The translations under genes and the position numbers were made by a program. Of a DNA stretch of 64,000 nt, positions 56,185 to 64,000 are shown in pieces (the stretch's first letter is position 1; each line of letters starts with the position of its first letter). The stretch comes from Alphaproteobacteria bacterium (GTDB taxonomy: Bacteria > Pseudomonadota > Alphaproteobacteria > UBA11073), in the NCBI GenBank assembly GCA_965246755.1, contig OZ251979.1, positions 649,089-713,088 on the forward strand. Direction: 5' to 3'. A model generated the notes under the pieces. That model had not been told where the DNA came from, ran no database searches, and was given only the letters and a program-made list of their open reading frames with translations.

Positions 56185-56687
56185 ATTAATTGGCGCATAA
56201 CCCCAGTAACAACACCTGCGATTTTTAAATCACTATGTTTATCAATTCTTATAGGGGCATAGTGTTCGTTTTCTGGTATCAGAAACACGCCAGCCTTATC
56301 AATTCGCAGCCGTTTTACGGTGGCTTCATTGTCTACGAAAGCAATAACAATGTTGCCTGATTTCGCCTCGAGATTATTATTCACTATCAACATATCTTTA
56401 TCATTGATGCCGACATTAATCATGGAATCGCCGGTAGCGCGCATAAGAAAAGTGTTGGCGGGATCTGTGACGAAGGTTGAATGCAGATTGGCGTAAGTTT
56501 CAATGTGGTCGGTAGTGAATGACGGTGTTCCGGCTGACACGGATCCCCCGTACACTGGCAACTTAAAGCCTCCAGTGTCGATTAAATCCGTTATCGCATT
56601 GATATAATTCACTGGTACACGCATCGTTGTGCTGGGTGATTTTGTTTTCGGTCGACCCGCCCCGGGTCTGGCGCCACCTCTGGGCAT
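56181..56687 (-). CDS. S24 peptidase-type repressor (LexA/CI-like)
   Basis: Ser/Lys dyad context GDSMINVGINDKDMLIV...NEATVKRL; N-terminal GGARPGAGRPK basic tail; divergent from downstream operon. Confidence 0.65.
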   Translation of the reverse strand: MPRGGARPGAGRPKTKSPSTTMRVPVNYINAITDLIDTGGFKLPVYGGSVSAGTPSFTTDHIETYANLHSTFVTDPANTFLMRATGDSMINVGINDKDMLIVNNNLEAKSGNIVIAFVDNEATVKRLRIDKAGVFLIPENEHYAPIRIDKHSDLKIAGVVTGVMRQLI

Positions 56688-56730
56688 TTTTTCCTGCTCC
56701 TCTTGACAAATTGTTTCTTATTTGTTCTTT

Positions 56731-56757
56731 CTATGAATTGTGTAACAGTATTCATAG
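56731..56757. promoter_or_regulatory. Putative operator palindrome CTATGAAT-N11-ATTCATAG in divergent repressor/early promoter region
   Basis: Perfect 8-bp inverted arms; TTGACA hexamer at 56703-56708 nearby. Confidence 0.3.
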
Positions 56758-56760
56758 GCA

Positions 56761-57495
56761 TTGATCAAGCCTGAAAGTGGGAGCGAAAACGTGGCATTAC
56801 CGGAAAAATCATATTTTTCTCTACTTGAAGTTGCAAAGCGTTGGGGCACCGAGCTGGACAGCGTCCGCTACTATGCTGAACATGATGAATTGGAAGTGCA
56901 GACCTGGCTTAACGATATCGATGTCGATGTGCTGCAAATTATTGAAACTAAAAACGGTGAAACCGCGTTCATCAAACGGGGCATTCAAACATATTGCGAC
57001 TATGCGATTTTGAAACCTATCGAGTTGCGCAAAGTTTTCCGCTTTCAAGAAGGTTATGCGGTTTATAATTTTTTGGCGTTAAATGGAGAGCAGCTATTAA
57101 CAATCCGTAACCAGAAAACACGTTACATCATAAACATAACTGACCTTGTAATCAGCCGCAGCGAGCGCGACCGCTTTGAACAACGCTATGATATCTGCAT
57201 TACTAACATGAAGCGTCCTGGCGCGGCTAACGGCAATACTACCTCCTTCGCGGGTCGTCCCAGCGTTATGCGGCGCATTACCGAATATTTCGATGCGCGT
57301 CATGCCCAAGGTTTAACGGAACCATCGCTGCAGCGCGAAGCCAATATGCTTGCGATATGGGCCGCCGAACATTTAGATGATGCGCAAGTACCAAAAGCAA
57401 AATCCATCATGAATGCGATCCGCCCAAAATATCGTGCCTTAAATTCCGATAATGCGTCTGCTGTTGAAAAATCATCAACAAAATCAATTGCCTAA
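56761..57495 (+). CDS. Hypothetical early protein (244 aa; Cro/antirepressor position)
   Basis: Divergent from repressor gene; TTG start per track; AT-rich. Confidence 0.3.
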   Translation: MIKPESGSENVALPEKSYFSLLEVAKRWGTELDSVRYYAEHDELEVQTWLNDIDVDVLQIIETKNGETAFIKRGIQTYCDYAILKPIELRKVFRFQEGYAVYNFLALNGEQLLTIRNQKTRYIINITDLVISRSERDRFEQRYDICITNMKRPGAANGNTTSFAGRPSVMRRITEYFDARHAQGLTEPSLQREANMLAIWAAEHLDDAQVPKAKSIMNAIRPKYRALNSDNASAVEKSSTKSIA

Positions 57496-57587
57496 AATTA
57501 TCTAATTTAATGGAATTTTAGGCGGCTATTTCATGCAGCCGTAATGTTCAAATTTGTGCGCCTCAACGTAACATCACGGAGGCGCGT

Positions 57588-57830
57588 TTGTTAGAGAAAC
57601 TTATACATTCAAAAAAAGTCGCGGAGCGATGGGGCTTATGTCATCGCACCCTGGAGCGCTGGCGCTGGGAGGGCTACGGCCCGCCGCATATTAAAATCGG
57701 TGGGCGCGTCATGTATCGACCTGCTGACATTGAAGCGTTTGAAAATAGCCAGCTCCGCACAGCGACCGAAAAGTCGCAGGGGCGGCTCTTAAGCCCTATC
57801 GAAAAACAACAAGTCGGGGGTGCGGCATGA
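57588..57830 (+). CDS. AlpA/MerR-like HTH phage regulatory protein (excisionase-type)
   Basis: AERWGLCHRTLERWRWEGYGPPHIKIGGRVMYRPADIEAF matches AlpA/Xis-type HTH. Confidence 0.6.
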   Translation: MLEKLIHSKKVAERWGLCHRTLERWRWEGYGPPHIKIGGRVMYRPADIEAFENSQLRTATEKSQGRLLSPIEKQQVGGAA

Positions 57831-58309
57831 GCCTCACACCGACCCTGGAAGCTGTCAGCGAGATGCAGGTGACCGATGTTGCGCGTCTCTCCCCACCGGC
57901 ACTGATGCAGCTGTTATACGACGCGCAAACCGCGTTGCAAAAAGCTAAAACGGTGAAAGAGTTCATCGAAGGCGCGATCAACGTTAAGTACGGCCAACGT
58001 TTCGATGCGCTCCGGCGTGATCAAAATAAACCTTATGGCATCGTGCATTTGGATGACGCTGGTTTCGATATTGGTTGCGACCGCACGCGCAAAACGGAAT
58101 GGGATCAAACCAAACTCGCGGGCATCGCGAAACGCATCACGGCGGAAGGCGACGCGGTCGATGAATATATCGGTATCAGCTACAGCGTCTCAGAACGCAA
58201 ATACAACGCCTGGCCGTCCAGCATCCGCCAGACATTCGAGGATGCGCGCATCCTCAAAGCCGGCAAGCCCAACTTTACGATCAAAGCGGTGGAAGGAGAA
58301 GCTGTATGA
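57827..58309 (+). CDS. Phage Gp157-like protein (recombination-module accessory)
   Basis: 160 aa; immediately upstream of and coupled to an AAA_24-type ATPase, the usual Gp157-Sak4 arrangement. Confidence 0.3.
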   Translation: MSLTPTLEAVSEMQVTDVARLSPPALMQLLYDAQTALQKAKTVKEFIEGAINVKYGQRFDALRRDQNKPYGIVHLDDAGFDIGCDRTRKTEWDQTKLAGIAKRITAEGDAVDEYIGISYSVSERKYNAWPSSIRQTFEDARILKAGKPNFTIKAVEGEAV

Positions 58310-59178
58310 CGTTTCCCATTATCACCGCCGACACGCGCATGGCGGAAAAACGCGGCATCAAGGGTGTCATCTTCGGTAAGTCCGGCATTGGTAAAACATC
58401 GTTGCTGTGGACACTTGATGCCGACACCAGCCTGTTCATGGATCTGGAAGCCGGTGATCTCGCGGTTGAGGGTTGGCCGGGCGACACCATCCGTCCGCGC
58501 ACATGGCAAGAATGCCGCGATTTCGCGGTTTTTATTGGCGGCCCTAATCCGGCGTTGCGTGACGATCAGCCCTACAGTCAGGCCCACTATAACGCGGTGT
58601 GCGAACGCTTCGGCGACAGCGCGCGGCTGGATAAATATCAGACCGTTTTTATCGACAGCATCACCGTGTCGGGACGTCTGTGCCTGCAATGGTGCAAAAG
58701 CCAACCACAGGCCGTTAGCGACAAAACCGGCAAACCGGATTTACGCTCCGCCTATGGTTTGCATGGCCAAGAAATGATCGGCTGGCTTACGCATCTGCAG
58801 CACACGCGCGGCAAGAATGTGTGGTTCGTCGGCATTCTTGATGAAAAGCTGGATGACTTCAACCGCCGTGTGTTCATGCCGCAAATCGACGGTAGCAAAA
58901 CCGGCCTCGAGCTGCCGGGCATTGTCGATCAGGTCGTGACGATGGCTGAGATCAAAGACGCGGAAGGTCAATCATACCGCGCGTTTGTTAATCACACGCT
59001 CAATCCGTTCGGCTATCCCGCCAAGGATCGCAGCGGTCGTCTGGAGATGATGGAGCGTCCGCACCTCGGCGAATTGATGTCGAAAATCAACGGACCCGTG
59101 AAGCCGATGCAAGACCGGCTTACCTACCCACAAACAGTCACCACCCCAACAACCCACACAGAGGAAGCAACAGCATGA
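58306..59178 (+). CDS. Phage AAA_24-type (Sak4-like, RecA-fold) ATPase
   Basis: P-loop GKSGIGKTS near N-terminus, size ~290 aa; phage recombination-module context. Confidence 0.5.
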   Translation: MTFPIITADTRMAEKRGIKGVIFGKSGIGKTSLLWTLDADTSLFMDLEAGDLAVEGWPGDTIRPRTWQECRDFAVFIGGPNPALRDDQPYSQAHYNAVCERFGDSARLDKYQTVFIDSITVSGRLCLQWCKSQPQAVSDKTGKPDLRSAYGLHGQEMIGWLTHLQHTRGKNVWFVGILDEKLDDFNRRVFMPQIDGSKTGLELPGIVDQVVTMAEIKDAEGQSYRAFVNHTLNPFGYPAKDRSGRLEMMERPHLGELMSKINGPVKPMQDRLTYPQTVTTPTTHTEEATA

Positions 59179-60311
59179 GTGCATGGAATGATTTTAACAG
59201 CGCGGATGAACAAACCAATTTCGATGTCATCCCGAAAGACACGTTAGCGAAGGTTCGTTTACAGGTTACAAGCCGGTTACAAGTTACAGCGACGCATAAT
59301 TTATCTGAACGGAGTTTTGATTTGGATGGTCTGGCTGTATCTGCCACCGGAAGCGATGAGGCATGCGCGGGCCGTTCCATGTTCGGACTGTCTCTCTGCG
59401 CCGGGGCGGGCGGACTTGACCTCGGATTGCATCTCGCCTTGCCCAAATATCGCACTGTCGGTTACGTCGAGCGGGACGCCTATGCTGCGGCCACTCTCGT
59501 GGCGCGGATGGAAGACGCGGCCCTGGATTGCGCGCCTGTCTGGGACGACGTTACCACTTTCGACAGCGAACCGTGGCGCGGCCTGGTGGATATCATTCAT
59601 GGCGGTTACCCATGCCAGCCTTTTAGCATCGCGGGACGCAAACGCGCCCACGACGATCCAAGACATCTTTGGCCGCACATCGCCCGCATCGTTGCCGACA
59701 TCGGACCAGGCATGTGCTTCTTTGAAAACGTCGGCAACCATCTACGATTGGGATTTGAACAGGTCCACGATGACCTTCAGCGAATGGGTTACCGGGTTAA
59801 GACAGGTTTGTTTACGGCGGCTGAAGTCGGCGCGCCGCACAAGCGCGAGCGATTGTTCATTATGGCCTACCGTCCGGGTGTCTTCCGCGAACGGTCCATG
59901 TCAAAAGGAAATCGCGGCGGGGGATCCCAAGGGCCGTCTCGAAGTCAGGGTGCAAATATGGCCTACGCCACGCGCACAGGAGCCGGGCACTACCAGCGAC
60001 ACCCACGGCATATCGCTCAACGAAATGAGCAAAGCGTGGGCGACACCAACCGCCCGCGACTGGAAGGACGGCGCGCTGATCAACAACAATACGCCGACGC
60101 GGGGCAACCTTTCCCGCCAGGCCCCACGGATGCGGTTGGATGGCGGGAATACCTTTCCCAGCGGCCTGAGCTTGAACCCGCTGTTCGTCGAAGCCCTGAT
60201 GGGATGGCCAATCGGGTGGACCGATTGCGACTCTGCGGCAACGGCGTGGTGCCAATGGTTGCCGCGCATGCGTTTCGCACTCTCACAGCTATCGCCGACA
60301 TAGAGATTTAA
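59175..60311 (+). CDS. DNA (cytosine-5)-methyltransferase
   Basis: Motif I FGLSLCAGAGGLDLG, motif IV GGYPCQPFSIAG, motif VI FFENVGNH. Confidence 0.8.
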   Translation: MSAWNDFNSADEQTNFDVIPKDTLAKVRLQVTSRLQVTATHNLSERSFDLDGLAVSATGSDEACAGRSMFGLSLCAGAGGLDLGLHLALPKYRTVGYVERDAYAAATLVARMEDAALDCAPVWDDVTTFDSEPWRGLVDIIHGGYPCQPFSIAGRKRAHDDPRHLWPHIARIVADIGPGMCFFENVGNHLRLGFEQVHDDLQRMGYRVKTGLFTAAEVGAPHKRERLFIMAYRPGVFRERSMSKGNRGGGSQGPSRSQGANMAYATRTGAGHYQRHPRHIAQRNEQSVGDTNRPRLEGRRADQQQYADAGQPFPPGPTDAVGWREYLSQRPELEPAVRRSPDGMANRVDRLRLCGNGVVPMVAAHAFRTLTAIADIEI

Positions 60312-60572
60312 ATGATTGAACAAACTCAAAGGATGGCCGAGCGCATTGCGCTATGGCCGGTGGACAAACTTGTCCCCTATGACAGAAATCCCCGAACACA
60401 TTCGGCGGAGCAAATCGGGCAGATTGCCGCCAGCATTGCTGAGTTCGGCTTTGTGAACCCGATTTTGGTAGACACGACGGCTGGCATCATTGCCGGGCAT
60501 GGCCGCCTTCAGGCGGCAAAACAACTGGGCTTAGCGCAAGTGCCGGTCGTTGTGTTGGACTATTTAATGTGA
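60312..60572 (+). CDS. ParB-like nuclease (ParB N-terminal) domain protein
   Basis: VPYDRNPRTHSAEQIGQIAASIAEFGFVNPILVD...GHGRLQAAKQLG matches ParB/Sulfiredoxin fold; typical partner of phage methyltransferases. Confidence 0.6.
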   Translation: MIEQTQRMAERIALWPVDKLVPYDRNPRTHSAEQIGQIAASIAEFGFVNPILVDTTAGIIAGHGRLQAAKQLGLAQVPVVVLDYLM

Positions 60573-60784
60573 ATGTACCGGCAGCGGGCCTGACGGTAGT
60601 GTTTGCACAGGGTTTTCATGTCGCGCCAAACGTCATGATCACCGGGCAAAATCTGGCCAGTGGCGACTACTTCACGATGACCAGGACGCGCACCGGTTTC
60701 ACCATTCAATTCTTTGACAAAAACAGCACCGCCGTTGCGCGGCAGTGCAACTGGACGGCGTCAGGCTACGGCGCAGAGGCATAG
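60569..60784 (+). CDS. Hypothetical small protein (71 aa)
   Basis: Coupled ORF. Confidence 0.25.
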   Translation: MNVPAAGLTVVFAQGFHVAPNVMITGQNLASGDYFTMTRTRTGFTIQFFDKNSTAVARQCNWTASGYGAEA

Positions 60785-62017
60785 ATGTCACAATTCGATT
60801 TCGGAACTATCAACCCGGCCACCAAGTCGGGAACGCAGCTCGCCGCCGATTTGGTGAGCTGGCGCGATGCGCTGGAAACCAATCATCTGGGCGTTGCAAG
60901 ACCCGCATACGTCCAGCCTGGCATGCTGTGGATCAAAAATGTGTCGACCACGATTTGGGAATTGTATTTGTTCGACGGGACAAACGACATTCTGATGGCG
61001 TCATTTAATCCCACCGGCCACAGCATCGCCTTCCCAATCAGGCAGCCCACCACCCGCAATCAGATCATCAACGGCAGTTTTGATGTCGCCCAGCGCGGGA
61101 CAAGCACGGCTTTAACAGCGACACGGACTTTTGGCGCAGATCGGTGGTTTGTGCAGCAGTCTGGCACATCGGCGAATAATGCGAATATCGGTTTGGGTGG
61201 CGGACCTAGCACCACAGTTCATTTCATGCGTATCCAGCGCAACCCTGGCACCACGGTCGTCAATATCCCGGTGCTAGGGCAGGTCCTTGAAAGTTACAAT
61301 GTTTATCAACTGCAGGGACAGACGCTGACGTTTTCGTTTTATGCCCGCAAAGGCGCGAATTTTAGCGAAGTGAATTCTAATCTGTCTTTGGTGTTCTTCA
61401 CAGGCAATGGCTATGATCAGTCCGTACAGTCGCTATTGAGCGGCACCTGGACAGGTCAAATCAATTTGTCTGACGGCGCGGTCAACCTAACGACCAGTTG
61501 GCAACGCTATACCCGTACCTTCACAATGAACTACGGAGCGCAGCTTGGTTTTTATTTTTCGCATGCGCCGACCGGTACAGCCGGAGGCCTCGATTATTAC
61601 GACATTACCGGCGTGCAGCTGGAAGTGGGATCATCGGCTTCGGACTTTCAGCAAGAAGATTTCGCTTACACGCTGCTAAAATGTCAGCGTTTTTATTGCA
61701 AGACCTTTCAATACTCCATGGTGCCGGCGGGAGGGATGGGTCCGAGCGGCTCCATAGCTGCCGTTTCTGTGGGAACGGGAATTCAGACTTCGATCGCCGC
61801 GCGGTGGCAATATCCAATCGTAATGCGCGCCTCCCCGTCGATAGCGCTGTTTAACACACAATTTATCAACACTGGCTGGTGGGATGCGACAGCGAACACC
61901 ACAATCGCTTCGGCGGGCTATGTGATTAATGATACGGCATTCACGCTTGGCAATAACGCCGCGACTGTGAATGCCCATGTACACTACATACACATGACGG
62001 CGGACGCGGAGTTATAA
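60785..62017 (+). CDS. Hypothetical beta-rich phage protein (410 aa; receptor-binding/fibre-like?)
   Basis: Gly/Thr/Ser-rich; no motif; lies between replication/methylase genes and lysis cassette. Confidence 0.25.
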   Translation: MSQFDFGTINPATKSGTQLAADLVSWRDALETNHLGVARPAYVQPGMLWIKNVSTTIWELYLFDGTNDILMASFNPTGHSIAFPIRQPTTRNQIINGSFDVAQRGTSTALTATRTFGADRWFVQQSGTSANNANIGLGGGPSTTVHFMRIQRNPGTTVVNIPVLGQVLESYNVYQLQGQTLTFSFYARKGANFSEVNSNLSLVFFTGNGYDQSVQSLLSGTWTGQINLSDGAVNLTTSWQRYTRTFTMNYGAQLGFYFSHAPTGTAGGLDYYDITGVQLEVGSSASDFQQEDFAYTLLKCQRFYCKTFQYSMVPAGGMGPSGSIAAVSVGTGIQTSIAARWQYPIVMRASPSIALFNTQFINTGWWDATANTTIASAGYVINDTAFTLGNNAATVNAHVHYIHMTADAEL

Positions 62018-62205
62018 TGGACGATGAATTCACTTATGTGGACGGCATAAACTTTATTGAGCGTACCACTATCGCGACCGGTCAGGTTTGCCTCGTCCCC
62101 AAAGACTATAGCAACGCCGATTATCAATTGTATCTCTTATGGACAGGCATGACGATTCAGGAAATCGACAACCTGGCCAATCCCCCGCCGCCGCCAGAAG
62201 AATAG
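62017..62205 (+). CDS. Small hypothetical protein (62 aa)
   Basis: Coupled to upstream gene. Confidence 0.2.
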   Translation: MDDEFTYVDGINFIERTTIATGQVCLVPKDYSNADYQLYLLWTGMTIQEIDNLANPPPPPEE

Positions 62206-62240
62206 CGCCGCTACCAATTAACTAACATCATGAGAATATT

Positions 62241-62528
62241 ATGACCTTTACAGAAGTTGGGCTTCTTATCGGCATCATCGCCCATGCCATCGCCATGCTT
62301 ATTACTGTCATCAAATTGGTGGCTTGGTTTTCAGCGGAGAACGCAACCACCAAGCAGCGGCTACTGACGCTAGAACATCAGGTCGACAACGATGTCACTG
62401 GACGGCGGGTTGTCGCTGAAATGCGCCAGGATATAGCCTCCATCAAAGTACAGATCGCGGATGCTCGTTCGGACTTTAACCGTCTTTACCAAATTTTATT
62501 CAACAAGCAACGAGGTCCTCATGAATAA
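62241..62528 (+). CDS. Holin-like small membrane protein
   Basis: One strong N-terminal TM (VGLLIGIIAHAIAMLITVIKLVAWF) plus charged C-terminus; first gene of lysis cassette. Confidence 0.4.
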   Translation: MTFTEVGLLIGIIAHAIAMLITVIKLVAWFSAENATTKQRLLTLEHQVDNDVTGRRVVAEMRQDIASIKVQIADARSDFNRLYQILFNKQRGPHE

Positions 62529-63186
62529 ACCAACGCTCCCACGCGGGATCCGTAACAACAATCCCGGCAATCTGCGTCGCACTACAGATCCTTGGCAAGG
62601 ACTTTCTAAAAACAAGAGTGACACGGCTTTTTTCGTGTTCACAAACGCCGCCTATGGCATTCGAGCATTGGCGAGAACGCTGATTTCCTATCAAGATAAA
62701 CAAGGCTTGCACACGATCACGCAAATCATCAATCGCTTCGCGCCGGCCTCCGATAACAATAATACAACGGCTTATATCGCCAGCGTCGCCAAACAAACCG
62801 ACTTCCACGCGGATCGGACGCTGGACATGCATGACTTCGATAATCTTTGTCCGTTGGTCAAAGCTATTATCCAGCATGAAAACGGACAACAGCCTTATAC
62901 AGATGCCCAAATCACCAAGGGACTGGTGTTGGCGGGTGTTGAACCGCCTGTGCAAAGCCTACAGCAAACACGCACTGTAAAAGGCGGGCAAACCGCCACA
63001 GCCGGCACTGTGGGTGTTGCTGTGGTGCAGGCCGTGCAGCAATCCATTGATCCTGCACGCGATGCTTTAACAAGCCTTGTGCCATACCTGGACGCGGCCA
63101 AATGGCTTTTGCTGGCCGTAACCTTAATTGGCATTGGTATAATGCTCTGGGCGCGAATTGATGATCACATTAAGGGGCTGCGTTAA
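62521..63186 (+). CDS. Putative endolysin / virion peptidoglycan hydrolase with conserved RNNNPGN motif and C-terminal TM
   Basis: Start at ATG overlapping holin stop (ATGAATAA); conserved N-terminal GIRNNNPGNLR block; C-terminal hydrophobic helix; sits between holin and spanins. Confidence 0.35.
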   Translation: MNKPTLPRGIRNNNPGNLRRTTDPWQGLSKNKSDTAFFVFTNAAYGIRALARTLISYQDKQGLHTITQIINRFAPASDNNNTTAYIASVAKQTDFHADRTLDMHDFDNLCPLVKAIIQHENGQQPYTDAQITKGLVLAGVEPPVQSLQQTRTVKGGQTATAGTVGVAVVQAVQQSIDPARDALTSLVPYLDAAKWLLLAVTLIGIGIMLWARIDDHIKGLR

Positions 63187-63425
63187 TGTGGCTCATCCTG
63201 AAAAACTGGTTGGCCGGTAATGCGCTGCGCCTGATTGCTTATGGCGCAGCCGCATGCTCCATCGCTGCTGTTTTGTTTGGCGCACGCCAGGCCGGACGCA
63301 GCGCAGAGCGCGTTGATCAACTTAAAAAATCATTGGAGGTAAAAGATGCGCAACTTCGTGCTACGCTTACTGCTCCCCGCAATCGTACTGAGCTTATTAA
63401 CAGCCTGCGCAGGGGAAAATTTTAA
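63186..63425 (+). CDS. i-spanin (Rz-like)
   Basis: N-terminal TM then coiled-coil periplasmic region (VDQLKKSLEVKDAQLRA); start overlaps endolysin stop. Confidence 0.55.
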   Translation: MWLILKNWLAGNALRLIAYGAAACSIAAVLFGARQAGRSAERVDQLKKSLEVKDAQLRATLTAPRNRTELINSLRRGKF

Positions 63426-63591
63426 TCCTGGCATTTGCCCCCCAATAATTGATTACCCGCGTGATTTTCAAACCCGCCTAGCTGATGAAATTGAGCGCGC
63501 ACCGCCAGATGCAGCGTTCCCGCAAGCACTGCAGGATTATGCGTTATTGAGAATACAAATAAGAAAATGCCTCAGTCCAAATACTAGATAG
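63346..63591 (+). CDS. o-spanin (Rz1-like outer-membrane lipoprotein) overlapping i-spanin in alternate frame
   Basis: GGAGGT SD 5 nt upstream; lipobox LSLLTAC with Cys for lipidation; Pro-rich; starts inside i-spanin gene. Confidence 0.6.
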   Translation: MRNFVLRLLLPAIVLSLLTACAGENFNPGICPPIIDYPRDFQTRLADEIERAPPDAAFPQALQDYALLRIQIRKCLSPNTR

Positions 63592-64000
63592 CTACACGAA
63601 GGCGCTTTGCTCTTTCTTTAAAGGCATTTTCACCACCTTCAAGAATTTCACATACATGCTTCCGAATTTTTGCATCTTCAAGTCCGCCGCTTTCGTAAGA
63701 CATAACTGGAAGCTCGCCAGGGCGATGTGCGCCACAACTGGCTATAATAACTTGATCTGCATCGGTATTAACAACCAGATTGGCGTTGTGAGTCACAATA
63801 ATAATTTGCCTACGAATTTTAGCCTCTTTAAAACACCCAACCAACTCATCAAAAACTGACTTAGGGTCAAGATTTTCTTCGGGCTGATCTATAATCAATG
63901 GCCTTACATCATCTTTATCAATTGCCAAATAAAGCAGTAAAAGTACAATCCCGCGTGTACCTGATGACAATTGCTTAATATCTACATTGTCATATTCAAT
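63584..64000 (-). CDS. ABC/SMC-type (AAA_15/21-like) ATPase, C-terminal part; N-terminus beyond window end; possible defence-associated ATPase
   Basis: Walker B/D-loop LIIDQPEENLD and H-loop IIIVTHNANL; ~40% GC island; convergent with lysis cassette. Confidence 0.4.
   Translation of the reverse strand: MEYDNVDIKQLSSGTRGIVLLLLYLAIDKDDVRPLIIDQPEENLDPKSVFDELVGCFKEAKIRRQIIIVTHNANLVVNTDADQVIIASCGAHRPGELPVMSYESGGLEDAKIRKHVCEILEGGENAFKERAKRLRVAI

Noticed and set aside
56703-56738. TTGACA at 56703 plus TATGAAT at 56732 as a promoter
   Set aside because: Spacing of 23 nt is too long for sigma70. Retained only as part of the operator-region observation.
63584-63970. Calling the terminal ATPase fragment a specific named defence system (Septu/Gabija/OLD)
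   Set aside because: Only the C-terminal ATPase motifs are visible; family and partner genes lie outside the window, so a specific system call is unsupported.

Overview
This 64-kb window reads as an alphaproteobacterial-type chromosome segment of about 58-60% GC. It carries core translation and cell-wall genes: nhaP-like antiporter, pnp, rpsO, truB, rbfA, infB, nusA, rimP, trmB, glmS, glmU, ilvD, valS, pcm, gshA, tRNA-Cys and tRNA-Asn. Two phage-derived regions are present.

(A) Positions 1 to about 15.9 kb hold a compact T7-like podovirus late-gene module. Gene order is portal (3' fragment), scaffold, a peptidoglycan-binding + GH24-lysozyme virion protein, a 2.6-kb low-GC moron island, major capsid, tail tubular A/B, a small internal protein, tail fibre/spike, small terminase candidate, gp19-like large terminase, membrane coiled-coil protein, SleB-type hydrolase and a 3-TM holin-like protein. 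No gp14/15/16 ejectosome homologues are recognisable.

(B) Positions about 53.5 to 64 kb hold the left half of a lambdoid-type prophage next to tRNA-Asn. It carries the DUF2924 / large serine recombinase trio, an S24 repressor, an AlpA-like regulator, a Gp157-like protein with an AAA_24 ATPase, a C5-cytosine methylase, a ParB-like protein, and a holin/endolysin/overlapping-spanin cassette. It ends at a truncated ABC-type ATPase in a low-GC island.

The host region between them contains many low-GC single-gene islands (ankyrin pseudogene, LRR-like repeat protein, tandem-LuxR HTH protein, orphan PilT-like ATPase), a DUF559-endonuclease mini-element with nested inverted repeats, a MITE-like palindrome with a 54-bp duplication of the rbfA 5' end, and insertions that split the conserved infB-rbfA-truB operon.

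Coordinates for tRNAs and repeats were hand-derived and may be off by 1-2 nt. CDS boundaries follow the supplied ORF track unless stated.
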